In this document: in pieces, positions 9,994 through 20,143 of the stretch
Position numbering within the stretch: position 1 is the stretch's first letter
How the letters are laid out: the number at the start of each line of letters is the position of its first letter
Assembly: GCA_037481775.1 (NCBI GenBank)
Contig: JBBFKZ010000004.1
Span: 70,252-133,464 of the forward strand
DNA length: 63,213 bases
Direction of reading: 5' to 3'
Origin: Candidatus Bathyarchaeia archaeon
GTDB taxonomy: Archaea; Thermoproteota; Bathyarchaeia; Bathyarchaeales; Bathycorpusculaceae
Made by a program: the position numbers and the translations under genes
Notes under the pieces: model-generated
Seen by the model: the letters and a program-made list of their open reading frames with translations, nothing else
Database searches by the model: none
Told to the model about the DNA's origin: nothing

Positions 9994-10057
9994 GGCTATG
10001 GCATTAGCCGTGGCATATTGCCAAAACCGCATTTCAAACATGCTGATAATGCCTTTC
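9994..10057 (+). ncRNA. Fluoride riboswitch, variant with an inserted hairpin
   Basis: GGCTATGGCATTAGCC (P1 GGCTA/TAGCC), extra stem TGGCA/TGCCA, AAACCGCAT..ATGCTGAT (P2), pseudoknot GGCATT/AATGCC; ends 27 nt before crcB. Confidence 0.8.
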
Positions 10058-10084
10058 ATAATACATTAGCTGAAGTGGGTAATA

Positions 10085-10474
10085 TTGAAAGGCGTTGAAT
10101 TTGCTCTTCTAGCTCTAGGCGCAGTAGCCGGCGCATACTTACGTTACAGAATCGTTGAATCTCCAGTAACCATTGGAAATTTGCCGATTAACGTTTTAAT
10201 AGTCAACGTTCTCGGCAGCTTCATTTTGGGGCTCTTCTCAGTTATGACCACCACATTTAACCTAGACCAGAAATACACGCTTCTTGTGGCCGTCGGCTTC
10301 TGCGGCTCATTCACAACTATGTCGTCCTTTGAACTTGAAACCGTCAACCTAATAGATAATCATGCAATAGGCCTTGCCGCGCTGGAAATCCTGGCTAACG
10401 TTGGATTATCTTTTATAGCTGTAATCGCAGGTAGATTATTAGGCTACGCCATATTGGAGACGATGATAAGATGA
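10085..10474 (+). CDS. crcB: Fluoride channel Fluc/CrcB
   Basis: GAYLRY, NVLGSFILG, GFCGSFTTMSSF. Confidence 0.96.
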   Translation: MKGVEFALLALGAVAGAYLRYRIVESPVTIGNLPINVLIVNVLGSFILGLFSVMTTTFNLDQKYTLLVAVGFCGSFTTMSSFELETVNLIDNHAIGLAALEILANVGLSFIAVIAGRLLGYAILETMIR

Positions 10475-10782
10475 AGATGAAAATGTGGGATGTAACCATT
10501 AGAATCAAAAAGAACGACGAACTTGACGGCAAGCTATTGCATACACTCGTTATGGATTTGCTTATTAGTTCCGGCGTAGCCGGCGCGACAATATGGACAG
10601 GCGTAAATGGCTTCGGCAAACGCGGCAAATCCACTCTACACCTTGAGGGCGTATCGGTCAACATGCCTTTGATTATAGAAGTTATAGATACGCAGTCAAA
10701 ACTTGAGCCACTGCTGCCTGAACTTAAAAGAATAGTAGGCGATAACGGAATAGTCAGCATCCAAGAAGTGTACGTAGTGTAA
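10471..10782 (+). CDS. DUF190 (PII-like) protein, usual crcB partner
   Basis: GVAGATIWTGVNGFG..MPLIIEVID; ATGA-coupled to crcB. Confidence 0.9.
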   Translation: MKMKMWDVTIRIKKNDELDGKLLHTLVMDLLISSGVAGATIWTGVNGFGKRGKSTLHLEGVSVNMPLIIEVIDTQSKLEPLLPELKRIVGDNGIVSIQEVYVV

Positions 10783-10806
10783 AACCAAAAGCCGCCGCTA
10801 TTCTCT

Positions 10807-11889
10807 CTATGCCTTCTCGATGAACTTGACTAGTGCTTGTTTTGTCGGATGCGTTCCTTCTGGTGACGCGAGATAATAAGCGGCAACATAGTTTGCCAAC
10901 GCCAAACGGCACTCATCTGTCATACTTGCGGCGTCACCGAGGATGTTGCCTGCGTTCCAAGCGTCGCCTGCGCCTGTTGCTCGTAAAGCACGGACTTTCA
11001 AGGAGGGAACAACAACCTCTTTTTTCTTGGTAATAGATGCTGAGAAGGCTGTGGTGTGCAAGTCGATTCTGGCGGGCAACTGCTGTGCTAAAACTCTGGC
11101 AGCTTCAATGGCTAACGCTTCAAAACTCAAGTTTTCTTCGTTCTTTTTTATCTTATCGCTGAGCAGCGAAGCGTAGCAGATAGCTTCATTCTCGTTTAGG
11201 CTTAAAATGTCCAATTTCGCCGTTTTCAGAACCGTGCGGATTAACTCGGGAATTTTGTCTCTGTTCGGCGTCGGGTCTGCCGTGTCATAGTAAGCCTTGC
11301 CCTTTCCGTTAGCTTTTACTCTGCCGAAAACGGCTTCAGCGAGTTGCGTGCCGTATTTTTTGGTTCCTGCCCAATTGAATATACAAACGTAATCTGCGCT
11401 TTCGATTAACGCGTAATCGCTTTCATTTAAGTCTGATGGACTGAACTCCGCAAGAGAGCCTAAATCTCTAAGCATCACGTTTGCCTTTCCAGCATCTGCT
11501 GCTAACTCAAGTGCTGTTGTTAAGGAGGCTCTGCGTGAAATTTTGACATGGGAAAGGTCAACCCGCGAGCGGTTGAAATGAAACTTTAATTGCTTATAGC
11601 CAAGTTTGCTTGTGCAAACGATCAGCGACACTTGAGCGCCTAACGCCGCTAACGCAGAAGCCGTGTTAACCGCGTTTCCCCCTCGCAGGTCTGTCTGCGC
11701 AACGCCGTCGATGGCGCCGCCTTTGCGGTTAGCTACCTCAGTAATCAGCGAGCGAAAATGTGCAACATCATAGTCGATGTTAATTATTCTATCTTGAAAG
11801 AAATCGGGCATTAAAACCGCGGTAGGCTTCGTGTTGCTTTTCTTTTTGAGAAAGCTGAGCAGTTCATTTTTAAATTGCGTGCAGGACAT
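10807..11889 (-). CDS. PfkB/ribokinase family kinase
   Basis: GGNAVNTASAL, LNENEA, ATGAGDAWNAG. Confidence 0.88.
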   Translation of the reverse strand: MSCTQFKNELLSFLKKKSNTKPTAVLMPDFFQDRIINIDYDVAHFRSLITEVANRKGGAIDGVAQTDLRGGNAVNTASALAALGAQVSLIVCTSKLGYKQLKFHFNRSRVDLSHVKISRRASLTTALELAADAGKANVMLRDLGSLAEFSPSDLNESDYALIESADYVCIFNWAGTKKYGTQLAEAVFGRVKANGKGKAYYDTADPTPNRDKIPELIRTVLKTAKLDILSLNENEAICYASLLSDKIKKNEENLSFEALAIEAARVLAQQLPARIDLHTTAFSASITKKKEVVVPSLKVRALRATGAGDAWNAGNILGDAASMTDECRLALANYVAAYYLASPEGTHPTKQALVKFIEKA

Positions 11890-12000
11890 CCGGGGCGCCC
11901 TCTATGGTTATTTTTCCGTAAAGCTAAAATAATGTTTGCCTTATTACATGTAAGGTTACTATGGAACTTGCGGGAAATTGGTTTAGAGATGAGAGGGAGC

Positions 12001-12243
12001 ATGAAGTTTAAAACTGAGATGTGTCTGTTGGTGCTGGCACTTGTGCTATTTGCTGTAAGCTCGTTCTTGTACTCCTATCAAGTATCAAGTGAAGAACTCA
12101 CTGCCAGCGCAGCTTTAGGCAACTGCCCGTACAGGCCTTATGCGTTGTCGCTTGTAGGTTTTGGTTCGCTGTTAACTTTGGCTGCTTCGATTTCTTTCTC
12201 CAAACGCAGCAGAAACCTGGAGCATCGAGGTCGGCGAATTTAG
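12001..12243 (+). CDS. Small two-TM membrane protein
   Basis: Two hydrophobic segments around a CPYRPY loop; GAGGGAG RBS before ATG 12001. Confidence 0.6.
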   Translation: MKFKTEMCLLVLALVLFAVSSFLYSYQVSSEELTASAALGNCPYRPYALSLVGFGSLLTLAASISFSKRSRNLEHRGRRI

Positions 12244-13055
12244 CTCAGAAAGAAGCTAATAAGCAGCCATATGATGTCACCGATTAGTAAAGCAGCGATT
12301 AGCCCTATTGTTACGAAAATCAGCATTGGAAGCCCTGGCGTCGCCCACACGTCGAAGCTAATTTTTCCTGTTGACGCTGCTTTAGCTAAGCGCTCGACTA
12401 TTTCGTTTCGGTTTTCGTCTTTGGGCACGATAAGTAGTTTCCTTTTCGGCGGGTTTTCTTCTGTTTCCACGTCTTCCATAGGGTAAATATGCCATGTCTC
12501 TTGTAGCTTACCAATGGGGAATTTATGGCCTGTTATTAGGACTAAAAGTTTTTTTCCCGCGGTTTCTGCTTTGAGGGAGCCATCAAAGAGTTTTTGTCGG
12601 GTTTTTATTTTCCAAGCAAAGTTGCGGAGGAGCATGTAGATACCGCTTGCAGCAGCGAATAGAACAGAGTTGCTGAAGATTGTTAGTGGGAAAAGGTTTT
12701 GTGCGATAGGTGAAATTCCAGCGGTGACTATTGGCGTCAGCAGTGTTTCTGGATAGAAGGGCAGTGCGAGGGCTATGCACATGAACGCCTTGGAGTCTGC
12801 GCCTCCGAATGCGCCTGTGTAGAAAAGCAGCAGGGCTATGGCGGCTGTGACGGCGAAGCTTATGGCGTAAGGCACCAGCTTCGCAGCGTCATGCAGGCCT
12901 AGTTCGGCAAGGGTTAACGCGAGCGCCAGCGGCGCGTAGACGGCCCATGCGCGGTTGGTGACTTCGCGGGTTTTGTAGTCGCTCCATGAAGAGTAGATTA
13001 GTATGGTGAGTGAAAGCGCGATTTTCGTGGCGGTTATGATTTGGATTGTTTGCAA
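12240..13055 (-). CDS. Prepilin peptidase (A24, PibD/FlaK family)
   Basis: SDYKTREV and GGADSK aspartates; VWATPGLPML C-terminal motif. Confidence 0.93.
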   Translation of the reverse strand: MQTIQIITATKIALSLTILIYSSWSDYKTREVTNRAWAVYAPLALALTLAELGLHDAAKLVPYAISFAVTAAIALLLFYTGAFGGADSKAFMCIALALPFYPETLLTPIVTAGISPIAQNLFPLTIFSNSVLFAAASGIYMLLRNFAWKIKTRQKLFDGSLKAETAGKKLLVLITGHKFPIGKLQETWHIYPMEDVETEENPPKRKLLIVPKDENRNEIVERLAKAASTGKISFDVWATPGLPMLIFVTIGLIAALLIGDIIWLLISFFLS

Positions 13056-13156
13056 GTTGCTTTGGCACCAGCGTGCTGTATTTGTTGGGTTAAATAAAAA
13101 TGTGTGTTTGCGATGTTGCGGTTTGTTAGGGAAAAGGTTGTTAGGCTGGTGGGCGG

Positions 13157-13591
13157 TTAGGGTGCTTGTTCGGTGAATGACAGTGTTGCGCCGCTACTGG
13201 GCACTATTTTGAAGTAGTAGGTTTGTTTTGAAATCCAGTTGTAGTTTACGGTGAAGCTGACAACGCTGTTCTGGTTGATGGTTATTGTGGCTGGGTTGGT
13301 GTCGTAGCTTTGCATGGTTGCGGGCGAGTCGCCGATGTAGACTTTGACTATTTGTCCTGTGGCGGTTCCGGAGTTGCCGATGTCTATGGCTATTTGCTTC
13401 GGTGAGCTGTCTATGAAGTTTACGTTGGCCTTGTAAGGTATGAAGCTTGCTTGCTGGGTTGTGTTGCCCATGTAGGTGGTTATCCACGCATAAGTTATGA
13501 CTGTGGCTGCCACGGCGATCACTATGAGCAGGAGCGTGGCGAGTATGGGTGATATGGCGTTTTTCTGGTTGAATTTCCTGTGGACCATCAT
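13157..13591 (-). CDS. Archaeal type IV pilin (probable major pilin)
   Basis: Class III signal KNA/ISPILATLLLIVIAVAA; strongly C/A-biased third codon positions. Confidence 0.9.
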   Translation of the reverse strand: MMVHRKFNQKNAISPILATLLLIVIAVAATVITYAWITTYMGNTTQQASFIPYKANVNFIDSSPKQIAIDIGNSGTATGQIVKVYIGDSPATMQSYDTNPATITINQNSVVSFTVNYNWISKQTYYFKIVPSSGATLSFTEQAP

Positions 13592-13786
13592 ATTCTTCCA
13601 GCTTTTTTTTATTTAGGAAAAACTCGAATTTTGTATTTAACCTATATGAAGCTTGAATATGTAGTTTGAATAATTCCGAAAGCAAACAGGAGAAAGCAGG
13701 TCTTGCGCGCTGCCTTGCGTGCAGTTCTGGGCCAAGTGGCATATAGCTTGAGCGTTTAGTCTGCAGCGTAAGTTTGACATGTCGGT

Positions 13787-16700
13787 TTAGCCCTCAGTAG
13801 TAACTGTAACGGTTGGTGGGTACTCGGCGAGAATCCATAAACCGCTTTCATCGTTGTAACTATAGATAGGTGTTGTACCATCAAAGATTACCACCGCACC
13901 ATGCCAACTAATATCCAAAGCGTAAGTAAAGCTGACGGAGCCGCTTGCAACGGGAAGCAGTTCTATGGTTTTTGTAGAATCATCGATTTTGATGGCGCCT
14001 ACATTGCTTCCTGCAATAGAGTTGAAGGCGTAGAGTTGCTGGTTTGCGCTGTCAGTAAACATTATTCCAGAACCCTTAGAGCCGGAGATAAGTTGGCTCC
14101 AGTGATGAGGAGTCCATCCTCCAGTCGTGTAGTTGTAGAATGTTCCAGTGCCATTCGTAACCATTGGGAAGCCGCCTGATGTTCCGTTTTCAGTCATGGC
14201 CTCAGGGGAAGTAGGCGAAGCCGTAAGGCGAATTGGGCGTAATTCAGTTATTACTCTGGATTGAGTGGAATCTATGAATATTAATCGCAGGTCGTAGGTG
14301 TAGTATGTTACATTAGCTGGAAGCGTAATAACAATGTTAGCGTAAAGGTTTGGACAATTATAAGCGCCTCCGCCCCCGTTAGTATTACCCCATTCTGCCT
14401 CTTGCTGTACAATGTCTCTAACCACGCCATGATGTATCACGTAAGCAGCGCCAGCGCCGTAAACGCTATCTTCGCCATTTATGCGCATGAAATTAGCTGT
14501 GCTTGACGTACTTGTGCCTATGACCGTTGAAGTCACGCTAAAGCTTCCAATTTGAAGCTGGATTCTGTTATTGCTCAATCTGTTATTATTTGGATCATCT
14601 CCAGTAAAGTAGAGGTTAGTGTAGGCTTGTGGCGTTTGGGCTGCTTCGTCACTTCCGTTCCACCATATTGTGACCTTTGTCACAAGAATATCTACGAGGA
14701 AAACGATCATTTGCCGGTTACTGAAAACCGTTGCGTTATTCGTTAAACCCTGTGGAATCCTATATTCTGACGCCCAGTCCTCCACTTGGAAGGGCACCTC
14801 TTCGTTAACGCCATTTCTGGTTTGGTTGACATGGATAGCCTTAACTGGAACAGGCGGAATGGGGAGCGCTTGCGTTGCCATTTGAAACGCTTGTCCGAGC
14901 CAGCGCATAGTGCCATTCTGCAGCAACTCCACCACGATAGTGGACTCCTGTAAAGTGGTTAAAAGAAAGCTGATGTCGGGTTTAGGCTTCAGCAGCACAG
15001 CATCTATTTCCCAGCTATCCTGTATTATGTCGGAGGCATCGTTGCTTCCTTTGAATCTGATTGTGAATGTTGACGAGGTTATATATGGCGTTACAGAAAC
15101 GTTATTCCACGTGTTCGGTTGCAACGAGTTAATAACTGTTATCCAAGAGGCGCCGCTATAAACCTCAACTTTTAATGGTTCTGCGCCTAAGGCACCGGTT
15201 TTGATGCAGAGGTCTTGCCTAGGATTAGTTATATCAACGTTTGTCCACTGCTCCTCGAGTTCAAGCGCATAATTAGTAACTTCAGGACTAAATCTTACTA
15301 AATCAAATTTCATGTAAAATGGGGTTGATGTTGCCTTCGCAGCAGTAATTTTGATCTTCCAGTAGCCACTGCTGTTTCGGAAGTCTGTTGGATTCACTGT
15401 TATAGTTTGCGTCATATTCAAGTCGGTGGTGTTGCCTACGGTGGCAGTCATGAACCCGTCTCCGCTAGTAGGATATTGTCCAGTAGCAAAGTTGTAGAGT
15501 TGAAGTGTTAGATCGACGGCTGAAGTGGTGGAGCCCGCGACCACGGACCATGTCAACTGCGGCCAATTCTGCATGTCCGCGGTTCCTGTGAATTCAACCT
15601 CACATACATACTGATTCGAAGGTGTATATGTGCAATAAATGCTGTACTTACGGTTTTCATGTGTAAAGGAAGGCGAACTAGGCCAAGAGGCGCCATAAGT
15701 CTGATCCACGCGATGGCCTTGATTGGTATCACCAATATCGTAGCGTATGCTAACGGCATTTCCTTGTACAGAACGCGCCCATACAACTAGTATGTAACTT
15801 GCACCCGCGGTCAATGTTGGTTTAGGATTTGAAAAGCTAAAAGTAACCCAGCCATCTGAATTAACTTTTTGCTCTTGAGTACTAGCGACAAAAATATGAG
15901 AACTTGTATAGATAGCAGCTTTAACACTACAAGCTTTTTTAGTTTCTATGTAAGCGGTTATACTTTCAACTTGCCCATCACCACGCACTTCAAATTGAGA
16001 ACCAACAATCTTATTTTCGATACTTTGTGCTGAGCCGCCGATACGCGAGCAACCAATTGTAGAGTGAAGTTGCATATATTGCCCGTTGACACTCTGCAGA
16101 TCGTTAATTGTACCTGAGTCATAATTTGTTGAACCTAGTCCCATCCAATAGCTGGGGTAGTAGCTTTGGGATGCAGTTCCTGAACTGGCTTCTGTTAGCA
16201 CATCAAATATGTTATCTGTATTTTGTTGCCTAGTAAAATTGAGACTATCGCCTGTAACTTTATAGAGAGTTTCTACATAATAAGGAGTTTGAGTTGTATT
16301 TGGAGAGTTCCAGTCCAAGTTGATAACGTACTGGTTGAACGACGAGGCAACAACGATTATGCCTCGTGAATCCTCAACTCGAATGACGAAAGACGCAGCG
16401 TCTATTTCAGGTGGAACAGTAACTTCATAGGTGCCATCTGCATAAATTATTGGTTCATCACTAGGGCTGACGTGCTCCCAAGTCAAATTAGAATAGTGGT
16501 AGCGGTAAAATTTCAAACTTTGCTTTCCCAAATTTACTACTGGCTCACTACCATCTTTGGTTATGCGTATACGTGCTTGGTTACCTGAGGATGGGAAGAC
16601 TTCTACGTCTAATCTGCAAGAAGTTGAATACGACATGTCGTAAACGCCTAAACCATTTAAGTCATAGTTGACCGCGAAATAGCCTGCGCTATAGCTTTCA

Positions 16701-17062
16701 TTATTAAACCAGTAAGTGCTTAAATCAAAAGCGATAATTCTAAACGAGGGGCTCCATTCTGGTCTGATATCGCCAATGTTTTCTAAGCCGCTACGCAGAT
16801 AATTCAGGGCAAGTTCTTTGGCGTATGTTGTGTTTCCCGTGACCTGCAACACTGAACCGTAATAGCCAACGGTAAAGCCTAAAACATGCTTGAGCGCCAA
16901 GTTGATTTCATCTACGGCACTCAGGATACGAGGCTGCTCCTCAAGCTCATTATACCGTATAGCAGAATACGTAGTCATAACAGCAGCTATTAAAACAACG
17001 GCAATAAGCATAGCTGCAATAATCGTAAACTGCGCAGTCCTATTCAATTTTAACCCTCGCAT
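13787..17062 (-). CDS. Large pilin-like adhesin (1091 aa)
   Basis: RTA/QFTIIAAMLIAVVL N-terminus followed by Ser/Thr/Asn-rich beta domains with many NxS/T sequons. Confidence 0.75.
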   Translation of the reverse strand: MRGLKLNRTAQFTIIAAMLIAVVLIAAVMTTYSAIRYNELEEQPRILSAVDEINLALKHVLGFTVGYYGSVLQVTGNTTYAKELALNYLRSGLENIGDIRPEWSPSFRIIAFDLSTYWFNNESYSAGYFAVNYDLNGLGVYDMSYSTSCRLDVEVFPSSGNQARIRITKDGSEPVVNLGKQSLKFYRYHYSNLTWEHVSPSDEPIIYADGTYEVTVPPEIDAASFVIRVEDSRGIIVVASSFNQYVINLDWNSPNTTQTPYYVETLYKVTGDSLNFTRQQNTDNIFDVLTEASSGTASQSYYPSYWMGLGSTNYDSGTINDLQSVNGQYMQLHSTIGCSRIGGSAQSIENKIVGSQFEVRGDGQVESITAYIETKKACSVKAAIYTSSHIFVASTQEQKVNSDGWVTFSFSNPKPTLTAGASYILVVWARSVQGNAVSIRYDIGDTNQGHRVDQTYGASWPSSPSFTHENRKYSIYCTYTPSNQYVCEVEFTGTADMQNWPQLTWSVVAGSTTSAVDLTLQLYNFATGQYPTSGDGFMTATVGNTTDLNMTQTITVNPTDFRNSSGYWKIKITAAKATSTPFYMKFDLVRFSPEVTNYALELEEQWTNVDITNPRQDLCIKTGALGAEPLKVEVYSGASWITVINSLQPNTWNNVSVTPYITSSTFTIRFKGSNDASDIIQDSWEIDAVLLKPKPDISFLLTTLQESTIVVELLQNGTMRWLGQAFQMATQALPIPPVPVKAIHVNQTRNGVNEEVPFQVEDWASEYRIPQGLTNNATVFSNRQMIVFLVDILVTKVTIWWNGSDEAAQTPQAYTNLYFTGDDPNNNRLSNNRIQLQIGSFSVTSTVIGTSTSSTANFMRINGEDSVYGAGAAYVIHHGVVRDIVQQEAEWGNTNGGGGAYNCPNLYANIVITLPANVTYYTYDLRLIFIDSTQSRVITELRPIRLTASPTSPEAMTENGTSGGFPMVTNGTGTFYNYTTGGWTPHHWSQLISGSKGSGIMFTDSANQQLYAFNSIAGSNVGAIKIDDSTKTIELLPVASGSVSFTYALDISWHGAVVIFDGTTPIYSYNDESGLWILAEYPPTVTVTTEG

Positions 17063-17064
17063 AT

Positions 17065-18408
17065 TTAGACGCCCCCCACCAAGCCAAGCTGCAAAATAAC
17101 CAGCCGCGAAGTCCCGTAATCTGTGTAATCAGAACGATAAATCCGCGGTTTATAATCAGTTAAAATGCCTAAACCAGCTACTCTAATATCGGGTGTTCGA
17201 GTCAAACCTATAGCATAAAATGCACCTTGATATGCACCATTTGTGCCAATGTGCCTATACACAGCTGCAGGAATATAATTATTTACTGTATCAAAGACAT
17301 ACGTTGTCACATTCAAATGGTAATTTCCAAGAATAGATGTGGGTAAAGCTCTTGTCGATGTCTGGTAAGGTGCAGGGTAAATACCATAATAGTTACTCAT
17401 CTCTAAAACTTTATTTGACATATATACAACACCAGGACTACCTGTTATAGAAGTCACATTGTAAGAGTACGTCTGATCATCTAACCCTTGAAGAAAAGCA
17501 TTCAGTCCAGATGGCCCTCCACCTCCGTCGGTACCAATCATTCGCATACCATATATACCCCAGCTGTTTTGAATGTCTCTAAACAGCATAGTATTAGACA
17601 CATAATAGAATGGATACCCAACGATGCTAACCCAAGTCCAATTATACTCCAAAACTCTCTTGCCAAGCGTGTGAGCATATCGAGCATACGCCCTATTACT
17701 AGAATCGTAGCCTACGTCTTCGCTTGCATAATACCCTGCAGGTATAGGCACTGCTTCGCCACATGTGTTTATTATCACGGCGTTTCTGATGGCTTCTCCC
17801 TGCAATGAGGTGCCATTCAGTATCTGCGCTAGTTGATCCGTGTTTTGCACCATTACTGTACTCACGAAATATGGAGACAGCAGCCGGTGCAGGTCTTCTG
17901 CCAAGCTACGCGCACTATAGCCGGTAATCCACCAGCCTGCCGCGTCGCTGCAGTTTAGGATGTACAGTGTGCCGCCGCCTTCGCGCTCGCCAATTTTTTC
18001 AGGGATAACGTTGAAGGTTACGTTTGAGGAGGCAACCATGTACGAGAAAGCATCGGTGGTTAAGCCTAAGCTTTCTGCGTTTGAAATAGACTTTTTGGGG
18101 ACATAAAGCTCAGCGCCGTCCTCGCCTTTGCCCACCTCATAAACAGTCAAATTGTACACTATGTTGGGCGGTAGCGATGCTGAAAGCGCAACTTGCAGAT
18201 TAGCCCAAAGTGTATCGTTCTCAACGTCGAAAGCTGCCAAACTTAAAGAGTAGTCTGAATCCAAAACCTGCAATGTCGTCAATGAAAGACGCCTAAGGTT
18301 CACAGGTGAAACTTGGCGCGGCCAAGGTAGAACAGCATAGAAAGACGAGATAACAAAGGCTCCAGTAATAATAATTATTGCGACTAATACTTCAATTGTA
18401 CGCATCAT
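17065..18408 (-). CDS. Minor pilin-like protein
   Basis: MMRTIEVLVAIIII N-terminal hydrophobic helix; GGTGAG RBS supports ATG 18408. Confidence 0.72.
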   Translation of the reverse strand: MMRTIEVLVAIIIITGAFVISSFYAVLPWPRQVSPVNLRRLSLTTLQVLDSDYSLSLAAFDVENDTLWANLQVALSASLPPNIVYNLTVYEVGKGEDGAELYVPKKSISNAESLGLTTDAFSYMVASSNVTFNVIPEKIGEREGGGTLYILNCSDAAGWWITGYSARSLAEDLHRLLSPYFVSTVMVQNTDQLAQILNGTSLQGEAIRNAVIINTCGEAVPIPAGYYASEDVGYDSSNRAYARYAHTLGKRVLEYNWTWVSIVGYPFYYVSNTMLFRDIQNSWGIYGMRMIGTDGGGGPSGLNAFLQGLDDQTYSYNVTSITGSPGVVYMSNKVLEMSNYYGIYPAPYQTSTRALPTSILGNYHLNVTTYVFDTVNNYIPAAVYRHIGTNGAYQGAFYAIGLTRTPDIRVAGLGILTDYKPRIYRSDYTDYGTSRLVILQLGLVGGV

Positions 18409-18410
18409 GC

Positions 18411-19628
18411 TTAACTCACCACTTGATATCCCTCTAAACTCCACAACGCCAACTTGGCCTGATATGCAATGCCATTAACCAAAACTTGGCGTGTGTCAGT
18501 CGAAACCCATTCCTGCTTAGATGGATCATCACCAAAAACAATGGTGAAACCTAAAGAACTAAGGCCCCACGGCATCATGACAACACCGCCTTCAACAGCA
18601 CTCTTCCTATAGGGAACTATCAGAACACCAGCGTTAAAGTTTGGAATCGCAATTTCGCCATAAGGATAACCCTCCCCATAATTTACTTTCCCAAAGGCAT
18701 TTTCTAACTGAATTTCACGCAAAGTAAAGTCCTCTGTAAGAACCAATAAAGTTGCATTGTACCCCATTTCAGCCACTGGGGGACCAAAGTGGTGAACATC
18801 CCAGCTATGGGCTAACAGCACTACTTTTTCAGAAATACTGCCAATAAACGGAATTATATAGTTGTTATCAGAAGAAACACGTTGATGATAGCCTACGCCA
18901 TTCAATCCGCTGGCTTGAACATACGCAATAAAAGCGTAGCAAACTTGTTCATCGGTCACTTCAGGAAAGTCTATTGATACGAAACCTTGTATGTTAGTAA
19001 AACGGGTCCCATTCAAAACTTGATAGGAAGGATATTGCCCCCGAGAAAGGGAGACCAGAAAAAGATAGTAACTCACTTGGGCATTTGCAAGCGGAAAACC
19101 AGTTCCTGAAACAGTAACAGACAAACGTAACGGATTTTTAGCTTGAGTCTCGGCTATTGAAACTTTAATTAACGGAGTTATCGTAAGTTGGAACCCATAA
19201 GTGCCATTTATTCCCAGCAATCGCAATGCCGTGGAGTAATTAAGAACCTCTGAATAAGGCATCAATAAATATGAACCGAAGCCCATGGTGATGTTGCTAT
19301 AAGTCATGTTTGCCTTCGAATAATAAACTGGCTCACCGGCAGAATAGACTAAACGCATCAGCGCGAACGGACTTAACCGGTACTGCGTGAACTCAGGATC
19401 TTGGAGCCCGAAACCTGTCGGTTCTTCGGAACTTATGCTCCAGTCTGGTGGAATACCGGGATTCAGCAGGATAGTATCTAGCAGGTCGCTGGCTTTGGTG
19501 GCAAGTGCCTTATGGCGCTGATAGACAACACCTGTTTGAATCGTCTGGTTGAACAGGCCGATAAACAGCAGTGTCGCAGCCAGAAAAGCTATAACTGCAA
19601 CCATGTGATCAATAGTTGAACTCACCAA
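18411..19628 (-). CDS. Minor pilin-like protein
   Basis: MVSSTIDHMVAVIAFL helix; LLNPGIPPDW..FGL motif typical of archaeal minor pilins. Confidence 0.72.
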   Translation of the reverse strand: MVSSTIDHMVAVIAFLAATLLFIGLFNQTIQTGVVYQRHKALATKASDLLDTILLNPGIPPDWSISSEEPTGFGLQDPEFTQYRLSPFALMRLVYSAGEPVYYSKANMTYSNITMGFGSYLLMPYSEVLNYSTALRLLGINGTYGFQLTITPLIKVSIAETQAKNPLRLSVTVSGTGFPLANAQVSYYLFLVSLSRGQYPSYQVLNGTRFTNIQGFVSIDFPEVTDEQVCYAFIAYVQASGLNGVGYHQRVSSDNNYIIPFIGSISEKVVLLAHSWDVHHFGPPVAEMGYNATLLVLTEDFTLREIQLENAFGKVNYGEGYPYGEIAIPNFNAGVLIVPYRKSAVEGGVVMMPWGLSSLGFTIVFGDDPSKQEWVSTDTRQVLVNGIAYQAKLALWSLEGYQVVS

Positions 19629-19637
19629 ACGCCCTGC

Positions 19638-20120
19638 TCACCCCATAAAGCGCATCGAAATCGTGTTATTCGAGAATTTAGTGGCAACCAGTTTTGCATC
19701 AGGCGAGTTACTCACAAACGTGGATGACTCCCACTCCACATCCGAGCCTAAAGTAACCGACGCTGTTGCCAATACATCGCTGTCTACGAATCTGACAGTG
19801 ATATCCAAAATCTTGCTGGATTCAACTGTAGTAGCCTCGGTTTGTCGCAGCGTTGCATTCGCAACGTACACGTAGCCCTCTATGAAAGTAGGCAGAGCCA
19901 TCTCGTTGCTGACAGTGCCATTCGTTATTGAAGCGTGGCTTAAGGCCGAATACAGTTGATGCACCGAGCTGCCAACATGCCCAGCCACCTCGCGGAGTGC
20001 AAGCGTCTGCCGCGCCTCTGTCCACATCGACATAATCCAGCCAACCGTCATAGGTAGCAGGAAAATCAGCATAATTAACAACGGAACCATAATCATGTAC
20101 TCGATGGTTATCTGCGCCAC
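19638..20120 (-). CDS. Minor pilin (QxxxE type)
   Basis: MA/QITIEYMIMVPLL with Q+1 and E+5. Confidence 0.78.
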   Translation of the reverse strand: MAQITIEYMIMVPLLIMLIFLLPMTVGWIMSMWTEARQTLALREVAGHVGSSVHQLYSALSHASITNGTVSNEMALPTFIEGYVYVANATLRQTEATTVESSKILDITVRFVDSDVLATASVTLGSDVEWESSTFVSNSPDAKLVATKFSNNTISMRFMG

Positions 20121-20143
20121 GCCATGTTGCCTCCCTTCATTCG

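Noticed and set aside
13194-13742. 182-aa His/Arg/Gln-rich ORF overlapping the major pilin
   Set aside because: Alternate-frame shadow produced by the pilin's C/A-rich codon bias; no protein-like features.
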